Source: Nitrospiraceae bacterium
GTDB lineage: Bacteria > Nitrospirota > Nitrospiria > Nitrospirales > Nitrospiraceae
DNA length: 31,909 bases
Direction: 5' to 3'
Assembly: GCA_050246315.1 (NCBI GenBank)
Contig: JBFWWG010000021.1
Coordinates: 1-31,909 of the forward strand
Each line of letters begins with the position of its first letter. The stretch's first letter is position 1. Both the position numbers and the translations under genes were made by a program. A model generated the notes under the pieces. It made no database searches and was not told the DNA's origin. It saw nothing but the letters and a program-made list of their open reading frames with translations. Below, in pieces: positions 15,094 through 23,767 of the stretch.

Positions 15094-16374
15094 ATGATCC
15101 AACAGCACTTTGTGGAGCCCGAACTCGATAATGCGCGAGCGTGGCTGCGCAGCGAACAACGAAAGATCGCAAATACAGAGCATCAGAGCTCAAATGCGCA
15201 AGTCATAACCGATGCTGCCCTACAGGCGCTCGAGGAGTTGACTCGATTTACTCCCACGGAGGTGCCTGATCTGGTGCGTCGAGGTGTGTTCAGGTATAAA
15301 CGGGAGTGCGAAGCTGCCAGAATCGCACGAGCTCAGGCTATTATTCGTCGTGTCGCGCCCGGCCCGTTCGAGGACCCGATCTACTTCGCAACACTCGCGT
15401 ATCAAGCGGCCTCAGTTGAAATGGCATGTGAACTTCTGTCTCAGAAACCGACTTCGCTAGACTACTTTTCAAAGTTTCTGCTCGGAACTCTCCCCCTTTC
15501 AGAGGTCAACGCCTTCGCGACAAAAATAACGAAGAACAGCTACACTATCGTAATACTTCACACCGCGCTAATAGATTTTATCTACCAAGCGGCCAAAGCT
15601 ATTGTCGAGGCCTTGAATCCATCGCGCTCGGTCGATGGTCGGAGTGCCGTTAATGCGGTGTTCGACCTCGATGTGATTCGGTCGAGGCTAGATTCGGATC
15701 GTCGACCAGCGGAACGTCTTTATCGAACGCTGGAAGCCTACTTCTTCGCTGGCTACCCACGCGCATCGGCGGGTGAGATGATTCCAGAGGAGCACTATCC
15801 GCCGCTGAGCCTCATAGTGGCGATGGCGGAACGCTGGGTCATCGGTCATGAGTACGGACACGGCCTGGCACCTTGGTTTGAGCGAGTGCACGTACCAGCG
15901 ACCGTTAACGTCGATTGGGCTGAAGAGTATTTCTCGGATTCTATCGCCACAATTGCCACAGTCTATTCAGCGGCCAAGCTTGATTCCCTACCTCCTGAAT
16001 TCCCTCTTGGCGGCGCAATCTTCGCATTGGCCTGTTTCGACCTGCTCCAGAAGGGTTTCCATATTTTGCTGAATGGTGAGGAGACAAGGTCAGACCCTGA
16101 GCGAGGGACGCATCCTGAACCTAGCGACCGCGCAGTCGAGGTCATCAACTGTTTCCGACAGTACTTTGACGTGAACTACTACCCGAACGGAGAGTTTGAT
16201 CTTACGTTTACTCTCAGAGAAGAAGTCCCCAAGACGCACAATTTTTCCAGCGAGCACAGTAAGCGAGCTTACGCGTATACCAGCCTGCTTCAGACTCTTT
16301 GGAGGCCTGTCAGGGAACGGCTCCTCGATGAGTTTCATAACAATCGTCCACTTCATCCACTTTGGCGTAGTTAG
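15094..16374 (+). CDS. HExxH zinc metallopeptidase, Lit (U49)/M48-like
   Basis: VNAFA, WVIGHEYGH, EEYFSDSIA (third-ligand helix), GTHPEPSDRA. No signal peptide. Codon usage is visibly more AT-rich than the flanking genes. Confidence 0.75.
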   Translation: MIQQHFVEPELDNARAWLRSEQRKIANTEHQSSNAQVITDAALQALEELTRFTPTEVPDLVRRGVFRYKRECEAARIARAQAIIRRVAPGPFEDPIYFATLAYQAASVEMACELLSQKPTSLDYFSKFLLGTLPLSEVNAFATKITKNSYTIVILHTALIDFIYQAAKAIVEALNPSRSVDGRSAVNAVFDLDVIRSRLDSDRRPAERLYRTLEAYFFAGYPRASAGEMIPEEHYPPLSLIVAMAERWVIGHEYGHGLAPWFERVHVPATVNVDWAEEYFSDSIATIATVYSAAKLDSLPPEFPLGGAIFALACFDLLQKGFHILLNGEETRSDPERGTHPEPSDRAVEVINCFRQYFDVNYYPNGEFDLTFTLREEVPKTHNFSSEHSKRAYAYTSLLQTLWRPVRERLLDEFHNNRPLHPLWRS

Positions 16375-16432
16375 AAGTCAGCCTCTCCTCGTCCATTCCC
16401 CCCACCTCGTCTTCTCATAACACGGTTCGGAT

Positions 16433-17092
16433 TCATCGCGATCTCGTCACGCCCACTCGATCGCAATAGGTCGCGACACGGCAGCGGCTGCACCAGGGCG
16501 AGACCGGTTGGCAGACATGCTGGCCGAAAGGCACGAGCAGATCGTTATAGGTGATCCAATAGCGTTTGGGCAGTTTGGCGCGCAGCGCCGCCTCCGATGC
16601 TTCAGGAGTCTTGGTTTTGATGTAGCCCCAACGGTTGCTGATGCGATGGACGTGGATGTCCACACAGATTCCCGCCTTCCGGTAGCCCACCGTGACGACC
16701 AGATTCGCCGTTTTTCTCCCCACGCCCGGCAGGGTCAGCAACTCGTCGATGTCGTCCGGCACCGTCCCTTCGTACCGATCGAGCAGCGCGCGGCTGATAC
16801 CCAGCAGTTGTTTGGATTTGTTACGGTAGAATCCGACGGGGTAGATGGCTCGTTCGATGCGCGCCGGCGTCAGCTGCAACATCGTGGCCGGCGTGTCGGC
16901 GAGCGCGAAGAGCCGCGCGCTGGCCTGAGCCGTCGTGAGATCCTTCGTGCGGAGACTCAGAACCGTTGCGATCAGGATACGAAAGGGGTCCTGCGAGGAG
17001 GCCTTCGCCACCACTCCGACCACCGGATCGGGCCATTGACGGATCTCTCGCCGCAGCGTGCGCAGCACCGGATGAATGTCTGCGTCACGCAT
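16433..17092 (-). CDS. nth: Endonuclease III
   Basis: PFRILIATVLSLRTKD, HhH LPGVGRKTANLV, VDIHVHRI, and Fe-S motif CQPVSPWCSRCRVATYC. Confidence 0.96.
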   Translation of the reverse strand: MRDADIHPVLRTLRREIRQWPDPVVGVVAKASSQDPFRILIATVLSLRTKDLTTAQASARLFALADTPATMLQLTPARIERAIYPVGFYRNKSKQLLGISRALLDRYEGTVPDDIDELLTLPGVGRKTANLVVTVGYRKAGICVDIHVHRISNRWGYIKTKTPEASEAALRAKLPKRYWITYNDLLVPFGQHVCQPVSPWCSRCRVATYCDRVGVTRSR

Positions 17093-17204
17093 GGGCCTTT
17101 GATTCGAGCCCGGTTACCTTGGCTGATGGCAGGTGTCTGAGGCGGCACCGACTGGCGGGCAGTCGCATGGAAGAACGCGCGCGGACCTCGCACGGGCCGG
17201 AGGG

Positions 17205-17399
17205 TTAGTCGGCTCGATGCTTCGACAGCCACTTCTGGCGTCGGCGCTGTGCTTCCCGCTGCTTGGCTTTTTTGCGGACGCTGGGCTTCTCATAGAAGCG
17301 CCGCCGCTTCAGCTCGCGGAACAACCCTTCACCGGCAAGTTTCTTCTTTGCGACCTTGAGAGCTTTCTCGACGTTGTTGTTGAAGACTTTGATTTCCAT
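17205..17399 (-). CDS. rpsU: 30S ribosomal protein S21
   Basis: MEIKVFNNNVEKALKVAKKKLAGEGLFRELKRRRFYEKPSVRKK. Confidence 0.96.
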   Translation of the reverse strand: MEIKVFNNNVEKALKVAKKKLAGEGLFRELKRRRFYEKPSVRKKAKQREAQRRRQKWLSKHRAD

Positions 17400-17449
17400 G
17401 TTCCCTATTTATCTTGAGGTGGTGTGGCTGAAAACGAGGCGGTAGTCTA

Positions 17450-18973
17450 TCACAGCCCCCCAGACCCCTCAAGGCAACTTTCCAATAGTTTCAACTCATG
17501 CAGAATTTTATCCTTAACCATATGATTTACTTGACGTTTACAGTTCTCATGGACGACCGACCGGAGTCCCAGGAATGAGGCGCGAGCCAGCTCGCGTGCG
17601 ACGAGCACGTCCGGACCCAGCGAAGTATCGCGGCCAGAATCCACGTCCGGCAGGAGGCGCCAAACCTCGACGACCAATCCGGCCAGCGCCAATGGGATCT
17701 GAGTCGCCTCTTCAAGGGCCTTCGAAAATGAACCCGCCTCCTGTGGATCCTTCTTCAATCGGCGCGCCGATTCCAACACCCTGGCGTAAGCCGGGGCATC
17801 GCGCTGCGCAAGCTCCCATAACCCGTTTCCAAGCTTGGTCAGGCGAAGCGCCGAAGCGAGTGGACCTTCCGCTCGTTTTCCCTGGAGAGCCAACACCTTC
17901 GCGCCGAGTTGAGCCGCAAGCGATCCAGCCAAGCCGGCGGCCAGCGCGCCGGCCTTCAGATTGCCGGGCTGTCCAAGCGCGTGTAACAAATCCACGACGC
18001 TGCCGGACGCAGGTTCAGGTCGCTGCTCACGCTCCGGGGCGGCTGCTGGCAGCGGCTTATCGCGGCTGAGCGCCTGTTCCACTTGGATCTCCAGAATCTG
18101 GTCTCCAGAAATGACCGGTAATCCAAGTGCCTCTTGCACCGTTACGAATACGGCCTGGAGCGGAACCAGTCCGATCAATTCCGATCCTGCCAGCCGGACA
18201 CCGGCCTGAGCCGCTTCCCGAGCGACGGCCGCATAAGCCTGATGCAGAGACGTGCGATCAAGATCCGTCAAATTCATCGACACCTGGACAAGCCCGCGGC
18301 TAGCCAGTCGCACACCAATGGCCTTCACGCAGGGCAGTCCGCCGCCGGATTCTCTGACGCGCCGCGCGATGGCTTTGGCTATCGATAGATCCTCGCTTGC
18401 CACGTTCACATTGAAGGCGACAAGAAACGGCCTGGCCCCGATCACCGTGGCGCCGGCCGTCGGATGGAGCTTCGGCGGTCCATAGTCGGGATGCCAGACT
18501 GGGTCCTCCGCCATCCGCTTCGCCAGTGCCTCCAGGCCGCCCCGCCTGATCGCTTCAAGACGACGCCGGACCGACTGCCTGGCCGATTGCTCATACGAAA
18601 ACACGGGAATGCCAAGTTCCTCTCCGATGCGACGTGCGACGCGGTTCGCCAGCTCCACACAGTCGGCCATGGTCATTCCTCGAACCGGCACGAAGGGCAC
18701 CACATCGGTGGCCCCAATTCGAGGGTGCACACCTTGATGCCGGCGCAGATCGATCAGCCCGGTCGCGATTCGACACAATTGAAAGGCCGCTTCGGCCACA
18801 GCGTCGGGCGGCCCGGCCAGCGTCAACACGGACCGGTGATGATCCGGGTCGCTCGTGCAGGCGAGGAGGGCCACCTGCGGGATGGCCTGTACCGCCTCCG
18901 TCAGCGCTTGCACCACCGCGAGATCCCTCCCCTCGCTGAAGTTCGGCACACATTCGACAATGCGATCTGCCAT
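17450..18973 (-). CDS. ftcD: Glutamate formimidoyltransferase with a divergent cyclodeaminase-like C-terminal domain
   Basis: IVECVPNFSEGRD, DPDHHRSVLT, HQGVHPRIGATDVVPFVP, GARPFLVAFNVN, VQVSMNLTD, SELIGLVP; helical C-terminal domain. ATG at 18973 has a GGAGA RBS. Confidence 0.92.
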   Translation of the reverse strand: MADRIVECVPNFSEGRDLAVVQALTEAVQAIPQVALLACTSDPDHHRSVLTLAGPPDAVAEAAFQLCRIATGLIDLRRHQGVHPRIGATDVVPFVPVRGMTMADCVELANRVARRIGEELGIPVFSYEQSARQSVRRRLEAIRRGGLEALAKRMAEDPVWHPDYGPPKLHPTAGATVIGARPFLVAFNVNVASEDLSIAKAIARRVRESGGGLPCVKAIGVRLASRGLVQVSMNLTDLDRTSLHQAYAAVAREAAQAGVRLAGSELIGLVPLQAVFVTVQEALGLPVISGDQILEIQVEQALSRDKPLPAAAPEREQRPEPASGSVVDLLHALGQPGNLKAGALAAGLAGSLAAQLGAKVLALQGKRAEGPLASALRLTKLGNGLWELAQRDAPAYARVLESARRLKKDPQEAGSFSKALEEATQIPLALAGLVVEVWRLLPDVDSGRDTSLGPDVLVARELARASFLGLRSVVHENCKRQVNHMVKDKILHELKLLESCLEGSGGL

Positions 18974-19077
18974 GGGTTCTCCACACTCGATGCTCATTCT
19001 GCCTCATCGAAGGTTGGACCAATGCACGGAATATGCGAACGGGAGAAACACCGGCGGGAGAAAGGAGGGATACGGAC

Positions 19078-19323
19078 TTACTTCGTTTTCTTCACATAGG
19101 CTCTATAAACACGCTTGGCCTGCTGCTCCTCTTCCTCCAGCCCCATCATCTGGTGGCCGGTCGTCTGGCACCAGGCCGGCATGTCTTTCTTGATACCCTC
19201 GTCGTCGGATAACACCTCCAGAACCTGTCCCATGGACAGCTCCTTGATTTTCTTCGAGGTCATGATGATCGGCATCGGGCAGAAGTACCCGAGCGTATCC
19301 AGCTTCACATCGGCTTGCATCAT
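19078..19323 (-). CDS. tusA: Sulfur carrier protein, TusA family
   Basis: LDTLGYFCPMPII (CPxP motif), GQVLEVLSDD, DMPAWC. Confidence 0.93.
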   Translation of the reverse strand: MMQADVKLDTLGYFCPMPIIMTSKKIKELSMGQVLEVLSDDEGIKKDMPAWCQTTGHQMMGLEEEEQQAKRVYRAYVKKTK

Positions 19324-19404
19324 ACGACTCCATCGGGGTGAGATTCAGACTGCAGCTCAGGGTCCCGTTCTCTCAACGTCGGCCCCAGCCGTAACCCCGC
19401 ACGC

Positions 19405-19935
19405 TCAGATGAATAGATTCACCGCACCCTGCCGCGCCTCATTCAAATAGGTGCTCACGCCGGCCAACTGATCAACCCCGTCGATCAGCGTATCTTTCGA
19501 GATCCCCATCAGGCCCATCGTCGTGGTGCAGGCGATAAATCGAACGTCCAGGTCCTTGGCGGTCTGCATCAACTCCGGGATGCCGGGCATCCGATTGTCC
19601 CTCATGACCTTCTGCATCATGCGCGCTCCCATCCCCCCGAAATTGAAACGAGACAGCGGTAATTGATGAGCGCCGCCCTTGTTCAACCAGCCGAACATCC
19701 GGCGGAGCAGATCCTTGGCGGTCGTCGAAGCACCCGGTTTGCGGATCGCGTTCAGGCCCCAAAAGGTGAAAAACATCGTCACCGGCATCCCCATCGCCGC
19801 CGCGCCGGTGGCGATGATGAACGCCGCCATGACACGGTCCATGTCTCCGCTCAGCACCACAATGGTGACGCGCTCCGGCTTCGTTTCCTGTAGGTCGGCT
19901 AAGGCCGCCGACGGCTCAACCTGCGTGAGATTCAT
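19405..19935 (-). CDS. DsrE2-like (DsrE/DsrF/DrsH) sulfur-relay protein
   Basis: SGDMDRVMAAFIIATGAAAMG, MFFTFWGL, LSRFNFGGMG, FIACTTTMGLMG, C-terminal LFI. Confidence 0.92.
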   Translation of the reverse strand: MNLTQVEPSAALADLQETKPERVTIVVLSGDMDRVMAAFIIATGAAAMGMPVTMFFTFWGLNAIRKPGASTTAKDLLRRMFGWLNKGGAHQLPLSRFNFGGMGARMMQKVMRDNRMPGIPELMQTAKDLDVRFIACTTTMGLMGISKDTLIDGVDQLAGVSTYLNEARQGAVNLFI

Positions 19936-20007
19936 GTGGCCACCTCCACCCTGTTCTCCACCGGCCGATCACCGGCCGAGGCAGCGCTGTAAGGGAATCG
20001 CAACGGA

Positions 20008-20042
20008 TTTTCACTATAGTCTCTGATTTTTTTCACTGTCAA
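20008..20042 (-). promoter_or_regulatory. Sigma70 promoter for the dsrE2-tusA-ftcD genes, overlapped by direct repeats
   Basis: Minus strand TTGACA (20042-20037)-N18-TATAGT (20018-20013); AGTGAAAA occurs twice, 22 bp apart. Confidence 0.65.
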
Positions 20043-20134
20043 GCAAGCCGGGAACTGATCCTGAAGCACATGGACCATTCTCCGAAGCCGGCGGCCGGCC
20101 GCGTATTCCCCCCTGTGAACCGATCAGGCAGCAA

Positions 20135-22150
20135 TCATGGCTCGTGGACCTTGGTTTCCGTTACGAGACCGATCGCCCGTCTGATCTGCGGTCGCGTGCC
20201 CAACAACGTGAGCACATCGCCCGCCTGAAGCGCCGTCCGGCCGGATAGATTGGACTCGGTCACACCGCCGCGCGTCAACGCAATCACCGAGGCGCCGGTT
20301 CTGGGCCGTATCAACAGCTCACCCAACGATCTCCCTAAGACGGGGGAGTCCTCGTCGATGCGGCAGGTCTCGACTTCCACATCGGTCAAGGTGCCCGCGC
20401 GAAGATGGTGCGCCATTTCGGGCATCTCACTGCGGCGCAACAGCGAATAGCCTTCCCGCCTGATCTGCTCGGCCTTTTTCATGACGTACTCCTGCGGCAG
20501 CCTGAACGTCCGCAAGACCAGCGCAAAGATCTCGATCGACGTTTCGAATTCTTCCGGTACGACGTCGTCCGCCCCCACCTCGTGCAGTTCCTGCAATTCG
20601 CGCAGATAACGGGTGCGCACGATGATGTAGAGCTTGGGATTCAAGCTTCGCGCAACCTGGACCGCCCGGCGCGCCGCGAACGGGTCCGAGTTCGCCACAA
20701 CGAACACGCGGGCGTCGTGAATCCGCACATGGCGAAGCACGTTGGGATTGGTGCCGTCGCCGTAGTAAATCGGGACTCCGGCCCGCGACTCGCGCCGCAC
20801 GATGTCCCCGTCGAGATCCAGCGCCACGAACGGAATCTCCGTCTCGCTCAGCACGCGGGCCAAGTTTCGGCCGTTGAGCCCATACCCCAGGATAATGACA
20901 TGGTCACGCACCTTGATCTGCACTCCGGTTTCCTGCTGCACGTGGCTGATCGTCCGCCCGGGCAGCACGTGACGGAGCCGCTGCCAAGCTTCGAACCGTC
21001 TGGCGAGGTGCGGCGCCCATTGCATGAGAAACGGCGTCAGCACCATCGTGATCACCGATGTCGCTAGAAAAATCTGGTACGCAGGGCCAGAGAGCAACCC
21101 GACAGTCTGGCCCTGTCCAGCCAGGATGAAACTGAATTCCCCGACCTGGGCAAGCGCGACCCCACTGAGAATCGCCGCACGGGGCGGCTGCTTGGCTCCG
21201 ATGACCGCCCCCATACCGGCAAGGAACTTCACCAGAACCACGGCGAGCACGAGCCCGAGGATCAAGCCCGGGCTTGAGAGCAGCGACCGGACATCCATCA
21301 ACATGCCGATGGAGACGAAAAACAGGCTGTTGAAACTGTCTCGAAACGGCAGCACCTCGGCCATGGCCTGATGGCTGTATTCGGACTCGGAGATCACCAG
21401 CCCGGCGATGAAGGCGCCCAGGGCCAACGAGAGCCCTCCCAGAGAAGTCAGCCAGGCGATCCCCAGGCACAAGACAATGATCGTCAACAAGAACAATTCA
21501 CGGCTGCGACTCCGCACGATCCGCTCGAGAAACCTCGGCACGAGATAGCGGGCTGCAATCAAAATCAGGCCGACCGCTAGCAGTGCCTTGCCTATCGTGA
21601 AGACCACCTGTTTGGCCGCATCTTCCATGTCGGGAGCGGCCAGCAGCGGCACGATCAGCATCATGGGCACGACCGCCAGATCCTGAAAGACGAGGATGCT
21701 GGTGGTGGCCCGGCCCTGGATCGAATCCATCTCGCCACGGTCGGTCAGCAGTTTCAGGACGATCGCCGTGCTGCTCAGGGACAAGACGCAGCCCCAAAAG
21801 ACCGATTCGGCTAACGAGAGGCCCGCCAGAGAACCGATCAATGTGGCGACCAAGATCACGCCGCCGACCTGGAACGTCCCCCCGACCGACATCAGACGTC
21901 GGACCGACGTCAGGTGGGCCAGCGAAAATTCGATGCCGATTGTGAACAGGAGCAGGACCACCCCGATCTCGGCCAGCACCTTGACCTGTTCCTGATCGGA
22001 CACGAGGTTGAGCCCGTGCGGTCCGATCATGGCCCCCGCACAGAGAAACCCGGCGATCGACGGGAGTCGAAACTGGTGGAAGAGAAACACCACCGTGATC
22101 GACACCACAAAAATCGTCAGTAGGTCCGGCAGTAACGTATGGTTGCTCAT
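20135..22150 (-). CDS. CPA2 monovalent cation:proton antiporter (Kef-type) with TrkA-N and TrkA-C domains
   Basis: Multi-TM region with LAEIGVVLLLFTIGIEFS, SLSSTAIV, ILVFQDL and LGAFIAG; then HVIILGYGLNG (RCK-N) and a C-terminal RCK-C domain. Confidence 0.95.
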   Translation of the reverse strand: MSNHTLLPDLLTIFVVSITVVFLFHQFRLPSIAGFLCAGAMIGPHGLNLVSDQEQVKVLAEIGVVLLLFTIGIEFSLAHLTSVRRLMSVGGTFQVGGVILVATLIGSLAGLSLAESVFWGCVLSLSSTAIVLKLLTDRGEMDSIQGRATTSILVFQDLAVVPMMLIVPLLAAPDMEDAAKQVVFTIGKALLAVGLILIAARYLVPRFLERIVRSRSRELFLLTIIVLCLGIAWLTSLGGLSLALGAFIAGLVISESEYSHQAMAEVLPFRDSFNSLFFVSIGMLMDVRSLLSSPGLILGLVLAVVLVKFLAGMGAVIGAKQPPRAAILSGVALAQVGEFSFILAGQGQTVGLLSGPAYQIFLATSVITMVLTPFLMQWAPHLARRFEAWQRLRHVLPGRTISHVQQETGVQIKVRDHVIILGYGLNGRNLARVLSETEIPFVALDLDGDIVRRESRAGVPIYYGDGTNPNVLRHVRIHDARVFVVANSDPFAARRAVQVARSLNPKLYIIVRTRYLRELQELHEVGADDVVPEEFETSIEIFALVLRTFRLPQEYVMKKAEQIRREGYSLLRRSEMPEMAHHLRAGTLTDVEVETCRIDEDSPVLGRSLGELLIRPRTGASVIALTRGGVTESNLSGRTALQAGDVLTLLGTRPQIRRAIGLVTETKVHEP

Positions 22151-22318
22151 TCGAGTATGCAGTCCGGTTGTAGAAGCATCGGTCGCGCCTCGTCAGGTGT
22201 CGCCGTGGAGGAGAATACCGGAGGAGCACCATGGGAACAAGCGAAGGCCGAAAGCCCCACATTCGCTGTGTTCCGGGCTTGCCGGCCGTATCGACTTCGC
22301 GTATCGTGCCCCTTCGCC

Positions 22319-23122
22319 ATGCGTCCAACGACCCCATCCGGCTGGTGCCGAGCCATGATCTTTGATTTCAACGGCGTCCTCGCCGACGACGAGGCACCGC
22401 ACCTCCGATGCTTTCAACAGGCGCTGGCCGAGGAGGGCTTCAGGCTGACGGCCGAAGAATATTATGGAACCTACCGCGGCATGGATGAGCGGACCTGCGC
22501 CGAGGCGCTGATTCGAGCACGGGATAGCCGGAACGATTCCGGCCTGCTCACCCGGATCACAGAGCGCAAGGCCGAGCTCTTCCGAGCGCATAGTCACACG
22601 CACAAGCCGGCGCTATTTCGCGGCGTCGTCGAATTCATCAAAGAGGCGAAGACCTGTTGTCGGCTGGCCATTGCCTCAGGAGGACGGCGCGAACAGATCG
22701 CTCACGCTCTGAGCGGTACACCGATCGAGCATGACTTCGCCGTGATCGTGTCGGCCGACGATTGTGCCGTCGGAAAACCTGACCCCGCCATGTATGCCTT
22801 GACGCTCAAGCTTCTCAACGGCTACGAGCCCCGACCGCCGCTGATCCGGGCCGATGAGTGTTTGGTCTTGGAAGACTCGCAGGCCGGGATTCTGTCCGCC
22901 AAACAGGCCGGCATGAAGGTCATTGGCCTGGCGACGACCTACCCTGCGCCGTCGCTCTCGGAAGCCCATGCGGTCTTGCTGGGACTCGAAGGAATGACCC
23001 TGCGGGCATTGCTGTCCCTCCCGGGTATCCGGAACCGCGGAACCGCGAAGACGATTGGAGCGAGCAAGGAAGACAGGGACGATGGTGGGGGCGCTCAAAA
23101 TGGAATCCGGACACCCATCTGA
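22319..23122 (+). CDS. HAD-superfamily hydrolase (beta-PGM/CbbY-like)
   Basis: RAMIFDFNGVLADDE (motif I, DxN variant), LAIASG, GKPDP, LVLEDSQAGI. Confidence 0.9.
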   Translation: MRPTTPSGWCRAMIFDFNGVLADDEAPHLRCFQQALAEEGFRLTAEEYYGTYRGMDERTCAEALIRARDSRNDSGLLTRITERKAELFRAHSHTHKPALFRGVVEFIKEAKTCCRLAIASGGRREQIAHALSGTPIEHDFAVIVSADDCAVGKPDPAMYALTLKLLNGYEPRPPLIRADECLVLEDSQAGILSAKQAGMKVIGLATTYPAPSLSEAHAVLLGLEGMTLRALLSLPGIRNRGTAKTIGASKEDRDDGGGAQNGIRTPI

Positions 23123-23526
23123 AACTCGTTCGGCATGTAGCCTTTGCCGGAGCCGTCACCGAGGATATTCTTGTTCTGGAGCGTCGGGTCCGGCCCGAGC
23201 ATCCGGTCCTGTTCAGTGACATACCCGCCCCCAAAACCGGCCCCGACATAGGGAATCAAGGTCTGCTCTCCGAACTGGAGTTCTCCATGTATGGTGGGCG
23301 GCTCGCGTAGGAGCGTCTCGGACCGATCGGGCATCGGCATTGATCGAGGCAAGCCGGGCGACTCTGCGGATGGATCCCCCGTGCGCAAATGAAAGGAAGG
23401 CTGAGACGCCTCGGAGGGCGCGTTCGCTTTCTCCTCCTGTTCGGCCCAGGCTCCGGCGTCGAACCATACCAGCGCCCCGATCAAGCAGAGGATCAAGACC
23501 GTTCTTTGCTTACGAGCCACCATCAC
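23095..23526 (-). CDS. Exported hypothetical protein with outer-membrane beta-strand motifs
   Basis: Signal peptide (...AGAWA|E), LIPYVGAGFGGGY, and C-terminal FQMGVRIPF. Confidence 0.7.
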   Translation of the reverse strand: MMVARKQRTVLILCLIGALVWFDAGAWAEQEEKANAPSEASQPSFHLRTGDPSAESPGLPRSMPMPDRSETLLREPPTIHGELQFGEQTLIPYVGAGFGGGYVTEQDRMLGPDPTLQNKNILGDGSGKGYMPNEFQMGVRIPF

Positions 23527-23767
23527 CTGCGCCGCTCATCGCCCGGCGTCACCCTCAACATGGTCGACAACCGCGTTTGCCATCTCGTTCTCCTGATAGC
23601 CCATTCCCATTACCCTTTGCTGCGTATGTCCAGGATACAACGCAAGGACGATCCTCTTCAACCTCCTGCCGCAGAGCGACGCGGACCGTACAGCCGACCC
23701 GGCCCGGTCCACTCATCCGATACCCCTCGCTCCTCGGACCGCCGGCACGTCGCGGAGGGCGATTCTC

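Noticed and set aside
11281..16390. att-like direct repeats at the island ends (ttagactatcagactcctc versus ttagaagtcagcctctcctc)
   Set aside because: The similarity is short and gapped, and there is no integrase or tRNA nearby.
23041..23122. HAD C-terminal extension overlapping the convergent gene by 28 bp
   Set aside because: A low-information tail, most simply explained by stop-codon drift.
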